Assembly: GCA_963704435.1 (NCBI GenBank)
Contig: OY969902.1
Coordinates: 570,001-602,000 of the forward strand
DNA length: 32,000 nucleotides
Source: an uncultured archaeon
GTDB taxonomy: Archaea > Micrarchaeota > Micrarchaeia > Micrarchaeales > CABMGC01
Reading direction: 5' to 3'
Shown here: positions 15,959-24,184 of the stretch, piece by piece
Position numbering within the stretch: the first letter of the stretch is position 1
Layout of the letters: each line of letters begins with the position of its first letter
Notes under the pieces: generated by a model
Databases searched by the model: none
The model's input: only the letters and a program-made list of their open reading frames with translations
What the model was told of the DNA's origin: nothing
Translations under genes and position numbers: made by a program

Positions 15959-16678
15959 ATGGGAAAGAAACTAAGGCAGCAAAGGAGGGGCAAGGGCAGC
16001 AACTCGTTCAGGAAGCCCCCTAACTACTTCAAGGCGGACATAGTTTTCCCGAGGTCTCCGGAGCAGGGCAAGGCCGTGGGAGAGGTCGTGGAGTTCGTCG
16101 ACGACCCGGGCCACAGCGCGCCGCTGATGCGCATCGTCTACGAGGACAGCACGGAGAGCCTGCTGCTGGCCCCCGAGGGGATAAAGGTCGGGGACAGGAT
16201 ACAGCACGGCAAGGGCGCATCGCTGAGCATAGGCAGCATACTCTCGTTGGGCGACCTGCCCGACGGCACTCCTGTCTACAACGTCGAGTCGACGTTCGGC
16301 GACGGGGGCAAGCTCGCGAGGGCAGCAGGGAACTCGGCCACGGTCGTGTCGCACACATCGGGGACGGTCTCGGTCCTGATGCCGTCGAAGCAGACCATCG
16401 AGCTCAGTCCGTCGTGCAGGGCGGAGGTCGGCGTGGTCGCGGGCGGCGGCGCGGAGGCGCAACCGATAATGAAGGCGGGCAAGAACCACTACATAAAGCA
16501 CGCAGTGAACGGCTTCTGGCCGAAGAACAGGGGAGTCAAGATGAACCCTGTCGACCACCCGTTCGGAGGCAAGCAGCACCACAAGGGAATGTCGAGCATG
16601 GTGTCGCGCAACGCGCCTCCTGGGAAGAAGGTCGGTCACATAGCCGCAAGCAGGGTCGGGAGGAAGAAGAGGAGCTGA
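15959..16678 (+). CDS. rpl2: 50S ribosomal protein L2
   Basis: 239 aa. MNPVDHPFGGKQHHKG and related L2 signatures. Confidence 0.97.
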   Translation: MGKKLRQQRRGKGSNSFRKPPNYFKADIVFPRSPEQGKAVGEVVEFVDDPGHSAPLMRIVYEDSTESLLLAPEGIKVGDRIQHGKGASLSIGSILSLGDLPDGTPVYNVESTFGDGGKLARAAGNSATVVSHTSGTVSVLMPSKQTIELSPSCRAEVGVVAGGGAEAQPIMKAGKNHYIKHAVNGFWPKNRGVKMNPVDHPFGGKQHHKGMSSMVSRNAPPGKKVGHIAASRVGRKKRS

Positions 16679-16684
16679 TTGGTC

Positions 16685-17077
16685 ATGGCAAGAATATTCC
16701 TGTTCAGGGGCAAGACGCCGGAAGAGCTCCAGAAGATGAGCATCGAGGAGTTCACGAAGCTGATCAACTCCAGGGAGAGGCGCGCGATGGTCCGCCAGGG
16801 CACCACCTTCAAGGAGCTCCAGGCGAAGGTGGAGAAGTACAAGAAGCTCGGAAAGGACAAGGCGCTGAAGACCCAGGTGAGGGAGGCGGTCATACTCCCG
16901 AGCTGGCTCGGCATGAAGTTCGCCATACACAACGGGAAGGAGTGGAAGGAGATGACGATAGCCCCGGAGATGCTCGGCCACAGGCTGGGCGAGTTCGTGT
17001 TCTCCACGAAGCGCGTGCAACATTCGGCTCCTGGCATAAGGGCCACGAGGGGCAGCAAGTTCCTGTCGGTGAAATGA
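16685..17077 (+). CDS. rps19: 30S ribosomal protein S19
   Basis: About 130 aa from the ATG at 16685; a TTG at 16679 is also possible. AIHNGKEW..EMLGHRLGEFV..TR is S19-like. Confidence 0.94.
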   Translation: MARIFLFRGKTPEELQKMSIEEFTKLINSRERRAMVRQGTTFKELQAKVEKYKKLGKDKALKTQVREAVILPSWLGMKFAIHNGKEWKEMTIAPEMLGHRLGEFVFSTKRVQHSAPGIRATRGSKFLSVK

Positions 17078-17775
17078 TGGCATACTCGTTCAACCTCAAG
17101 AGGGAGCCGTTCGCGTTCGCGCTGTGCGAGGAGGTCAACGCCAGCTACAAGGACCTGGGCGCGGTCTGCGATGCCATAAGGTACCTGAGGGCGGGCAGCG
17201 CCCTGGCGCTGCTGGACACGGTCGCCAGCAAGTCGGCGCCCATACCCTACAGGAGGCACAACAGGTACATGGGCTCGAGGCACGAGCTGAAGGGCGCCAA
17301 GGGCGCTTACCCTGTTAAGGCCGCGAGGGAGGTGAAGGTGGCGCTGGTCAACGCGCTAGCTAACGCAGAGAACAAGGGCATGGACAGGGACTCGGTCTTC
17401 GTCATCCACGCCTCGTCCACGAAGACGAGGACTGAGACGAGGCCGCCGTCCAAGGGATCCCTGTCTTGGGGAAGGGGCAGGTACGGAGCCTCGTCCGCGG
17501 TACGCAGCAACCTCGAATACGCGAGGATAGAGGTCGGGCTTGGCACAGGTACGGAGGAGGAGCTCACGTCGAACATGAAACACTTCATAAAGGTGAAGAA
17601 CGGAATCAAGGAGATAAAGGCGGTGCCGAAGAAGGAGAAGAAGGCGGCCGCAGCTCCGAAGAAGGCGCAGGCCGAGAAGAAGGAAGCCAAGTCGGAAAGC
17701 GCCGCTCCGGCCGCGCCGCACATCGCGCACAGCCACGAGGGGCACGATCACACGGAGCAGAAGAAGAGTGAGTGA
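17074..17775 (+). CDS. rpl22: 50S ribosomal protein L22 with Lys/Ala/Pro- and His-rich C-terminal extension
   Basis: 233 aa from the ATG at 17074 (ATGA overlap with the S19 stop). L22 core (ASYKDLGAVCDAIRYL, PYRRHNR, HASSTKT). Tail KAVPKKEKKAAAAPKKAQAEKKEAKSESAAPAAPHIAHSHEGHDHTEQKKSE. Confidence 0.9.
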   Translation: MMAYSFNLKREPFAFALCEEVNASYKDLGAVCDAIRYLRAGSALALLDTVASKSAPIPYRRHNRYMGSRHELKGAKGAYPVKAAREVKVALVNALANAENKGMDRDSVFVIHASSTKTRTETRPPSKGSLSWGRGRYGASSAVRSNLEYARIEVGLGTGTEEELTSNMKHFIKVKNGIKEIKAVPKKEKKAAAAPKKAQAEKKEAKSESAAPAAPHIAHSHEGHDHTEQKKSE

Positions 17776-17777
17776 GA

Positions 17778-18404
17778 ATGGTAGTCGAAAGGAAGTTTAT
17801 AGAGGACGCGATGATCAAGAACGAGATCTCCAAGTACCTGGAGAAGAACCTGAGCCGGGCTGGGTTCTCGAGGGTGGAGATACAGAAGACTCCGGTAATA
17901 ACAAGGATAACCGCCTACGTCACGAAGCCCGGAAGGGTGATAGGGAGGGGCGGCCAGACGATAGACGCGCTCACGCAGGACATAAAGCAGAAGTTCCACA
18001 TCGACAACCCGCAAATCAGCGTCGCGGAAGTGAAGAACGAGCTGCTGGAGCCTCGGCTGGTGGCCAGGCACATAGTGGGCGCCCTGGAGCGCGGAGCCGG
18101 CGCCAGGGGCCTTCTGCACTCGATGCTCAGGAACGTGGTCGAGGCTGGCGCGCTCGGCGCAGAGATAATCGCCAGCGGAAAGCTCGCGGCGAAGGGCGCG
18201 AAGGCCAGGACGATGAAGGTGAGGTTCGGCTACCTGCCCAAGGCCGGGGACACGGTCAAGCTGGTGCAGACCGCACACGTCGCAGCGTACCCGAAGTACG
18301 GGGCGATAGGCGTAACTGTGAGCATAGTGCTGCCCGGAACGAAGTTCCCTGACCGGGAGATGAAGAAGGTCGAGCTGCCCAAGGCGATAGAGGCGGCCAA
18401 GTAA
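17778..18404 (+). CDS. rps3: 30S ribosomal protein S3
   Basis: 208 aa from the ATG at 17778; a GTG at 17772 is possible. KH domain (VEIQKTPVITRITAYVTKPGRVIGRGGQTI). Confidence 0.95.
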   Translation: MVVERKFIEDAMIKNEISKYLEKNLSRAGFSRVEIQKTPVITRITAYVTKPGRVIGRGGQTIDALTQDIKQKFHIDNPQISVAEVKNELLEPRLVARHIVGALERGAGARGLLHSMLRNVVEAGALGAEIIASGKLAAKGAKARTMKVRFGYLPKAGDTVKLVQTAHVAAYPKYGAIGVTVSIVLPGTKFPDREMKKVELPKAIEAAK

Positions 18405-18436
18405 TGAATATATATCTGGAAGGGGAATAGCTGGTT

Positions 18437-18649
18437 ATGCACACAAGGGACCTCAGGGAAATGAGCAGCGATGCGCTGCGCGGAAGGCTGCAGCAGCTGG
18501 ACATGGACCTTGCGATAGAGAGGAGGAAGATAGCGGCCACGGGAACGGCGAGCAAGAAGGTCAAGGTCAGGGAGCTGCGCAGGACCAAGGCCAAGATACT
18601 CACGCTGCTAAACGAGAGAGGAGGAAGGGAAGGAGGTGCGAAAGCTTAA
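18437..18649 (+). CDS. rpl29: 50S ribosomal protein L29
   Basis: 70 aa. LREMSSDALRGRLQQLDMDL...VRELRRTKAKILTLLNE. Confidence 0.9.
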   Translation: MHTRDLREMSSDALRGRLQQLDMDLAIERRKIAATGTASKKVKVRELRRTKAKILTLLNERGGREGGAKA

Positions 18650-18954
18650 TGCCTGACATGTGCCCTCGATGCGGGCTTCCAAAGGAGCTCTGCGTCTGCG
18701 ACATCCTCGACAGGGAGGCGACCAAGAGGATAAAGGTGTACAAGACCAAGGCCAAGTTCAGCAAGTTCGTGACGATAGTCGAGGGGCTCACCGGAGACGA
18801 GCTAGAGAGGACTGCGAAGCAGCTCAAGAGCAAGCTCGCCTGCGGCGGGACATACAAGAAGGGGCTCATCGAGCTCCAGGGGGACCACATCGACTCGGTC
18901 AAGGCGGAGCTGATGGAGCTGGGCTTCCCCGAGAGCAGCATAGACGTGGTCTGA
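18649..18954 (+). CDS. Translation initiation factor aIF1 / SUI1
   Basis: 101 aa, TAATG overlap with the L29 stop. N-terminal Zn knuckle CPRCGLPKELCVC, and SUI1 core TIVEGL...LKSKLACGGT...IELQGDH. Confidence 0.9.
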   Translation: MPDMCPRCGLPKELCVCDILDREATKRIKVYKTKAKFSKFVTIVEGLTGDELERTAKQLKSKLACGGTYKKGLIELQGDHIDSVKAELMELGFPESSIDVV

Positions 18955-18994
18955 TCCTCATTTCTGCGGCTCACCGCCCTTGAGCTAGCGAAGG

Positions 18995-19010
18995 TATTAA
19001 AAATATAAAG
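18995..19010 (+). promoter_or_regulatory. TATA-like element (TATTAAAAATATAAAG) upstream of psmA
   Basis: AT-rich element in the 135-nt spacer between SUI1 and psmA. Confidence 0.35.
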
Positions 19011-19089
19011 CAGCAAATACAATTGCTAATTAAGTGACCTTCTTGTCGGAGGCAGGCCTGCTTATCATGCTCGTAATCTGAGTGGTGCA

Positions 19090-19785
19090 ATGTATCCAAA
19101 CATCCAAGCGTATGACAGAGGAGTAATGTTCAACCCCGACGGAAGGCTGTTCCAGGTGGAATACGCCAAGGAGGCAGTGAGGCGTGGAGGCACCGTCATA
19201 GGGATGGTCACCAAGGACGGCGTGGTCTTCGTCGCGCACAAGAACATAGACGAGCCGCTTGCCGTGTTGACGAGCATGCAGAAGGTCCACAAGATCGACT
19301 CGCACATAGGCGCGGCCTTCAGCGGCCTGCAGGCGGACGGCCTTCACCTCATCGACCTCGCCCGCTCCAGCGCGCAGTCGCACAGGATGGTCTACGAGGA
19401 GGTCAAGTCTGTCGAGTCAATCGCGAAGGACATCGCGTCCTACATGCTCCAGGCGACGCTCTACGGCGGCATAAGGCCGTACGGGGTCTCGCTGCTGCTC
19501 GGCGGAATAGACACCGCGCCAAGGCTTTTCGAAGTGGAGCCTGGCGCATCGCTGCTGGGCTACAAGGCCGACGCCATCGGGGTCGGGAAGAAGATAGCCA
19601 CGGAGATGCTGGTCCGCGAGTACAAGGACGGCGTGGCCGTGGACGACGCCATCACGCTCGGGGTCAAGATACTCAAGAAGGTGAACGAGGGGAAGCTCGA
19701 CAGCGATCACGTGGACATAGGCGTCATCGAGGAAGGTGAGGAGTTCGCGCTGCTCGCTCCGCAGGAAGTAGCAAAGCACTTCTGA
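19090..19785 (+). CDS. psmA: Proteasome subunit alpha
   Basis: 231 aa. AYDRGVMFNPDGRLFQVEYAKEAV is the alpha-subunit N-terminal signature. Confidence 0.95.
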   Translation: MYPNIQAYDRGVMFNPDGRLFQVEYAKEAVRRGGTVIGMVTKDGVVFVAHKNIDEPLAVLTSMQKVHKIDSHIGAAFSGLQADGLHLIDLARSSAQSHRMVYEEVKSVESIAKDIASYMLQATLYGGIRPYGVSLLLGGIDTAPRLFEVEPGASLLGYKADAIGVGKKIATEMLVREYKDGVAVDDAITLGVKILKKVNEGKLDSDHVDIGVIEEGEEFALLAPQEVAKHF

Positions 19786-19795
19786 TTGTGAATCT

Positions 19796-20482
19796 ATGTC
19801 GAAGACAGTCATCGCAAAATACTCTGTAGCGGGGGAGAATTTCGAAATACTCGTAGACTCCGACAAGGCCTACGACTTCATAACCGGCAAGGTAGCCAGC
19901 CCGCTGCCTGCCCTCGACACCGAGGAGATATTCAAGGACGCGAACAAGGGGGACAGGCAGAGCCAGGACAAGATACTCAAGGCGTTCGGGACGTCCGACG
20001 TCGAGAAGATCGCCGCGATCATACTCAAGAAGGGCCTTGTGCCGCTCACGACGGAGCAGCGGAACAAGCTCCAGGAGGAGAAGCGCAAGCAGATAGTGAA
20101 CATAATCGCGACCAACGCGATGGACCCGAGGACGAAGGCGCCCCACCCGGCGCAGAGGATTGAGCTGGCGATGAAGGAGGCGCGGGTCACGATCGACCCG
20201 TTCAAGCAGGCGAACGAGCAGGTGGACGAGATAGTCAAGAAGCTCTCGACGCACCTGCCAATAAAGTTCGCCGTGGTGAAGGTCGAGGTCACGATACCTG
20301 CCCAGTACGCCAACAGGAGCTACGGTACCCTCAAGCAGTACGGCATGAAGTCCGAGAAGTGGCTGTCCGACGGATCGCTGAGCGCGACCCTGGAGTTCCC
20401 TGCGGGCCTGCAGAGCGAGTTCATGGACAAGATAAACGGGGCCACGAAGGGCCTGGCGGTTGCGAAGATAATAGGTGTGTGA
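19796..20482 (+). CDS. Ribosome maturation protein SDO1/SBDS
   Basis: 228 aa. VIAKYSVAGENFEILVD..KAYDF, plus its position between psmA and rrp4 as in the archaeal exosome superoperon. Confidence 0.88.
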   Translation: MSKTVIAKYSVAGENFEILVDSDKAYDFITGKVASPLPALDTEEIFKDANKGDRQSQDKILKAFGTSDVEKIAAIILKKGLVPLTTEQRNKLQEEKRKQIVNIIATNAMDPRTKAPHPAQRIELAMKEARVTIDPFKQANEQVDEIVKKLSTHLPIKFAVVKVEVTIPAQYANRSYGTLKQYGMKSEKWLSDGSLSATLEFPAGLQSEFMDKINGATKGLAVAKIIGV

Positions 20483-20485
20483 GTT

Positions 20486-21103
20486 ATGTCGATAGTAGTT
20501 TTGCCCGGTGACAAGCTGGCCGACAGGCAGCTGCACGTGGAGGGCGCGCTGGTCGAGGACGGGAAGACCTACGCGACGGTGATGGGGCTGTTCGACGCGG
20601 CCAGGGAGTCCTTCATACCTCTGGAGAGCGTGTGGTACCCGAAGATGGAGGACCAGGTGATAGGCGCGGTCGAGGACGCGAGGAACGGTGTCTACACAAT
20701 AAACCTGAACTCGCCGTTCAAGGGCCTCATAATATCGAGGCACGGCCCGGGCCCGGAGCTGTATGTGGGCGACGTCATCAGCGCGATAGTGAGGAGCGTG
20801 AAGAGGGAGAGCGACAAGGTGATGCTCATACTTGTGAGGCCCAGGAAGCTCTACGGCGGGAAGGCCATCGCAGTGAGGCCGTCGAAGGTGCTGAGGGTCA
20901 TAGGAAAGTCCAACACGATGCTCAAGCTGCTGACGGACGGGACGAAGAGCACGATAGACATAGGGATAAACGGAGTCGTCTGGCTCAAGGGGGGCGACGT
21001 GCAGCTCGCGGTCAGCGCCATAGCGCGCATACAGGACGAGGCCCACATAGCCGGGCTTACCGAGAGGATAACTGCAATGATGCCGAAGGGTGATGGTCGA
21101 TGA
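20486..21103 (+). CDS. rrp4: Exosome complex RNA-binding protein Rrp4 (S1 + KH)
   Basis: 205 aa. VLPGDKLA N-terminal domain, S1-like middle, and KH-like GGKAIAVRPSKVLRVIGKSNTMLKLL...IGINGVVWLKG. Confidence 0.85.
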   Translation: MSIVVLPGDKLADRQLHVEGALVEDGKTYATVMGLFDAARESFIPLESVWYPKMEDQVIGAVEDARNGVYTINLNSPFKGLIISRHGPGPELYVGDVISAIVRSVKRESDKVMLILVRPRKLYGGKAIAVRPSKVLRVIGKSNTMLKLLTDGTKSTIDIGINGVVWLKGGDVQLAVSAIARIQDEAHIAGLTERITAMMPKGDGR

Positions 21104-21849
21104 AAAAGGATGCTCAACCGCTGATGTCGAACGGAAAGAGGAATGACGGCAGGGGGCCGAACGATCTCAGGAAAATAACGATAGAGACGGGCGTGATCAG
21201 GAATGCGGAAGGCTCCGCCCACCTGAAGTGGGGAAGCAACGAGGTCATCGCCGCGGTCTACGGCCCGAAGGAGGCGCTGCCCAGGCACTTCGCGAATCCG
21301 GAAAGGGCGATAATAAAGTGCAGGTACGTCATGGCGCCGTTCTCCTCGCTGGAGGAGCACGGCAGGTCCGGATTGAACAGGAGGGCCACGGAGATATCGA
21401 AGGTCACGAAGGAGGTCTTCGAGAACGCCGTGATGCTCGATCGCTTCCCGGGATGCGAGATCGACATATTCATAGAGATACTGCAGAGCGACGGGGGCAC
21501 GCGCTCGGCCGGCATAACCGCCGCAGCCGTGGCGCTGGCGAGCAGCGGAATCCCGATGCGCGACATACCATATGCCGTTTCGGTCGGGAAGTCGGGGGAG
21601 CACATGGTGCTCGACCTCAACAAGCTCGAGGACACGACCACATCCGAGGCGGACATGCCCGTCGCGATAAGCCCGAGGACAGGAGACATCCTGCTGCTCC
21701 AGATGGACGGATCGTTCACCGTGGGCGAGTTCAAGAGGGGGATGGCGATGGTCAGGGAGGCGGGCGCCGAGATTGTCCAGATTCAGAGGGCCGCGCTGGA
21801 GCGGAAGTACGGGAAGGAACGAGATGGTAATCATGCAGATGAAAACTAG
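21100..21849 (+). CDS. rrp41: Exosome complex exonuclease Rrp41 (RNase PH-like)
   Basis: 249 aa. RNDGRGPNDLR...NAEGSAHLKWGSNEVIAAVYGP and ILQSDGGTRSAGITAAAVALA. ATGA overlap with the rrp4 stop. Confidence 0.93.
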   Translation: MKKDAQPLMSNGKRNDGRGPNDLRKITIETGVIRNAEGSAHLKWGSNEVIAAVYGPKEALPRHFANPERAIIKCRYVMAPFSSLEEHGRSGLNRRATEISKVTKEVFENAVMLDRFPGCEIDIFIEILQSDGGTRSAGITAAAVALASSGIPMRDIPYAVSVGKSGEHMVLDLNKLEDTTTSEADMPVAISPRTGDILLLQMDGSFTVGEFKRGMAMVREAGAEIVQIQRAALERKYGKERDGNHADEN

Positions 21850-22618
21850 CAATGAAGAGTACATGAGGGAGCTGCTCAGCCGCGGCGCGAGGGAGCAGGG
21901 CAGGCCGTTCCTCGACTACAGGAAGATAGACCTCAGGGCGCGAGTCCTCCCGCAGGCCGAGGGTTCGGCCGTGGTGACCATAGGCAATACGAAGGTGCTG
22001 ACCGGGGTGAAGCTGGCCGTGGGTGAGCCGATGAAGGACAAGCCGTACGAGAGCTCGCTCATAACGTCGGCGGAGCTCCTTCCGCTCGCGTCCAGCGACT
22101 ACGAGCCGGGACCGCCAAGCCCCAGCGCAGTGGAGTTCGCCAGGGTGGTGGACAGGGGCATAAGGGCCGCGGGCGTCATAGATTCCGAGTCGATGGTCAT
22201 AGAGGAGGGCAAGGTGTGGAACATCTACGTCGACATATACGTATTGAACTTCGACGGCAACCTCTTTGATGCGGGGACGCTGTCAGGAGTCGCCGCGCTC
22301 CTTACCGCCAAGCAGCCGCTGTATGAGGACGGGGAGGTGGTGAGGGACAGCAGGATGGGCAAGCTCAAGACGAAGGGCATCGTTACGTCCTGCACTTTCG
22401 CGAAGATCGGAGACAAGCTGCTCCTCGATCCAGACAGCGAGGAGGAGAGGGCCATGTCCTCGAGGCTGACGATAGCCAACGACCCCGACGTGATAAGGGC
22501 GATGCAGAAGGGCCTCAGCGGATCATTCTCGCTGGCGGAGGTAGAGAAGGCGATAGACATAACTTTTGAAAAGTCGAAAGATCTGAGGAGCATCATTAGC
22601 AGAGCAATTGGTGATTGA
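21824..22618 (+). CDS. rrp42: Exosome complex component Rrp42 (RNase PH-like, non-catalytic)
   Basis: About 264 aa. REQGRPFLDYRKIDL...AEGSAVVTIGNTKVLTGVK. The start is ambiguous (ATGs at 21824, 21833 and 21839) and overlaps the rrp41 3' end. Confidence 0.88.
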   Translation: MVIMQMKTSNEEYMRELLSRGAREQGRPFLDYRKIDLRARVLPQAEGSAVVTIGNTKVLTGVKLAVGEPMKDKPYESSLITSAELLPLASSDYEPGPPSPSAVEFARVVDRGIRAAGVIDSESMVIEEGKVWNIYVDIYVLNFDGNLFDAGTLSGVAALLTAKQPLYEDGEVVRDSRMGKLKTKGIVTSCTFAKIGDKLLLDPDSEEERAMSSRLTIANDPDVIRAMQKGLSGSFSLAEVEKAIDITFEKSKDLRSIISRAIGD

Positions 22619-22862
22619 ATTGGTGAACTGGAGCGTAAGATACGGAGCGAATCTCAGGAAGAGGTACCTGGCGGTGGCCAAGGACAAGAAGGCGCTGTAC
22701 AAGTGCGAAGTCTGCGGCAAGGACTCCGTCAAGAGGATCAGCACGGGCATCTGGAAGTGCAAGAGCTGCGGGGCGGTGTTCGCTGGAGGCGCGTACACCC
22801 TCAAGACCGAGGCGGGCAGGGTCGCCGAGAGGACGATCAGCCAGAACCAGAGGTCGGGCTGA
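22608..22862 (+). CDS. rpl37ae: 50S ribosomal protein L37Ae
   Basis: About 80 aa. RYGANLRKRY...YKCEVCGKDSVKRISTGIWKCKSCGAVFAGGAY (C4 zinc ribbon). There is no in-frame ATG near the N-terminus; candidates are TTG 22608, GTG 22611 and GTG 22623. Confidence 0.88.
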   Translation: MVIELVNWSVRYGANLRKRYLAVAKDKKALYKCEVCGKDSVKRISTGIWKCKSCGAVFAGGAYTLKTEAGRVAERTISQNQRSG

Positions 22863-23242
22863 TGGTCAGGATATCCTTTTCTCCGGCCGAAGAGCTCGTC
22901 GTCCACGAGGTCGTAGAGATGGGAAAGGAGGTGCTTCTTCTGGAGAGGATAACCCCTGCGGGCAATATGCCGCTCTACTGGTGCGGCGGGATAGTCTTCA
23001 GCTTCTCCTCGATCCCGATGACGGACGAGGTGGTAAAGGAGTACCTGAAGGGAAGGATACACTGGGCCGAGGTCCATTTCGCGAGGCTGGAGAAGTACGT
23101 TCCCGTGATCACTTTCGAGTCCGATGAGTACAAATCGACGATGAGCGTCAGGGTTATAGACACCAGCTCCTCGCTGCTGCACCGGGAGTTCGTCAGCTGG
23201 CTGAAGGAGAACGCGAAGAAGGGACCTGCTAAGAACAAATGA
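22862..23242 (+). CDS. Hypothetical protein embedded in the exosome superoperon
   Basis: 126 aa from the ATG at 22862 (TGATG overlap with the L37Ae stop). The track's longer ORF start at 22703 overlaps L37Ae out of frame. Host-like codon usage, and no family I recognise. Confidence 0.6.
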   Translation: MVRISFSPAEELVVHEVVEMGKEVLLLERITPAGNMPLYWCGGIVFSFSSIPMTDEVVKEYLKGRIHWAEVHFARLEKYVPVITFESDEYKSTMSVRVIDTSSSLLHREFVSWLKENAKKGPAKNK

Positions 23243-23257
23243 TCAAGAGTTGATTTT

Positions 23258-23392
23258 ATGCCATACGTTTGTCTACACTGCAAGAGGGAAATAAAGACGC
23301 TGGAGAAGAATTTCGTCAGGTGCCCGTACTGCGGCTACAGGGTGCTTTCAAAAAAGAGGTCGTCGCTGGCGAAGGAAGTCTCAACCGACTGA
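23258..23392 (+). CDS. rpoP: DNA-directed RNA polymerase subunit P (RpoP/Rpb12)
   Basis: 44-aa ORF not in the track: MPYVCLHCKREIKTLEKNFVRCPYCGYRVLSKKRSSLAKEVSTD. It has CxxC...CxxC and RCPYCGYRVL.KKR typical of RpoP, and sits at the expected superoperon position. Confidence 0.85.
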   Translation: MPYVCLHCKREIKTLEKNFVRCPYCGYRVLSKKRSSLAKEVSTD

Positions 23393-23629
23393 TCCCTTTC
23401 CCCCCACGACTATCGTTTCGGATATCTTCTTCACTCTGTTGAATTCTACGCTGTTCTTGAACAGTTCCCTCGCTATCTCTATGGGCTTAGAGGAATCAAG
23501 CTTGCCAAGAAGCAGGTGCGAGACCATGCCCTGCTCAACGTCGAGGACGACCTCCCCAACCTCGCCTATCCAGTGGCCGGAGTTCGATATGACCCTCTTC
23601 CCGTAGAGCTCTGAAATGCGTATAGTCAT
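23381..23629 (-). CDS. Small stand-alone PRC-barrel domain protein (second copy in window)
   Basis: 82 aa. ISELYGKRVISNSGHWIGEVGEVVLDVEQGMVSHLLL. The 3' end overlaps rpoP convergently by 12 nt. The start abuts the stop of the upstream Zn-ribbon ORF. Confidence 0.8.
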   Translation of the reverse strand: MTIRISELYGKRVISNSGHWIGEVGEVVLDVEQGMVSHLLLGKLDSSKPIEIARELFKNSVEFNRVKKISETIVVGGKGSVG

Positions 23630-24184
23630 TCACTTACCCTGCTGCAATCTGGTTATCTTCTTGGAAGCAAAAATTCTTATTACGTACTCCTTCACTTCAT
23701 CCACGAACTCCCCCTCGTTGCCCTCCATCGCGCGCAGGTCGTCATCGCTGAAAAGCCCGGCCTGCCTTGAGATTAGCTTCTTCAGGTAGGAATCTGTCAT
23801 GGAATAGAACCTGCTGCCGCAGTTCCTGCACAGGAATATGGGAACCACGGGCACCCTGCCGATGTCCTTAGGATTTTTGAGGTCCAGCTCCCTTGCGATC
23901 TCGCCCTTGCATTTTGTGCACCTCGCGCCAACCCTTACTTTCTCGTAGGTTCCTGAATCCAAGAAGTCGGGCACTCCCGTGCCCTTGAGGTAGTCCCCTA
24001 GCGCCGCCTTCGCGTCCCCAGCGCGGCTGCAGAACTGATCGAGCACCTCCCCCGAGTCCTTGAACTCGGTGATCAGCGTGCCCATCCTGGTCTCTTCCGC
24101 CACGCAGAAGCACATCCCGTCTCCCGAAGGATAGTCGCAGGTCCTAAGCCTGCCGTCCCCGCTAACCCGCGTGTTAATCCTCAT
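23630..24184 (-). CDS. Zinc-ribbon-containing hypothetical protein
   Basis: About 184 aa from the Met at 24184. The 47 Arg/Ser/Gly-rich residues upstream in the track ORF are out-of-frame overlap with the histone-fold ORF. CTKC...(24 aa)...CRNC knuckles, plus an N-terminal Cys cluster CDYPSGDGMCFC. Confidence 0.6.
   Translation of the reverse strand: MRINTRVSGDGRLRTCDYPSGDGMCFCVAEETRMGTLITEFKDSGEVLDQFCSRAGDAKAALGDYLKGTGVPDFLDSGTYEKVRVGARCTKCKGEIARELDLKNPKDIGRVPVVPIFLCRNCGSRFYSMTDSYLKKLISRQAGLFSDDDLRAMEGNEGEFVDEVKEYVIRIFASKKITRLQQGK

Noticed and set aside
19011-19089. Small hairpin (AGCAA-ATACAA-TTGCT) and the 10-bp palindrome GCAGGCCTGC in the psmA leader; considered as a possible small RNA.
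   Set aside because: The structures are short, there is no promoter/terminator pair of their own, and there is no recognisable ncRNA signature. This is more likely plain 5' UTR.
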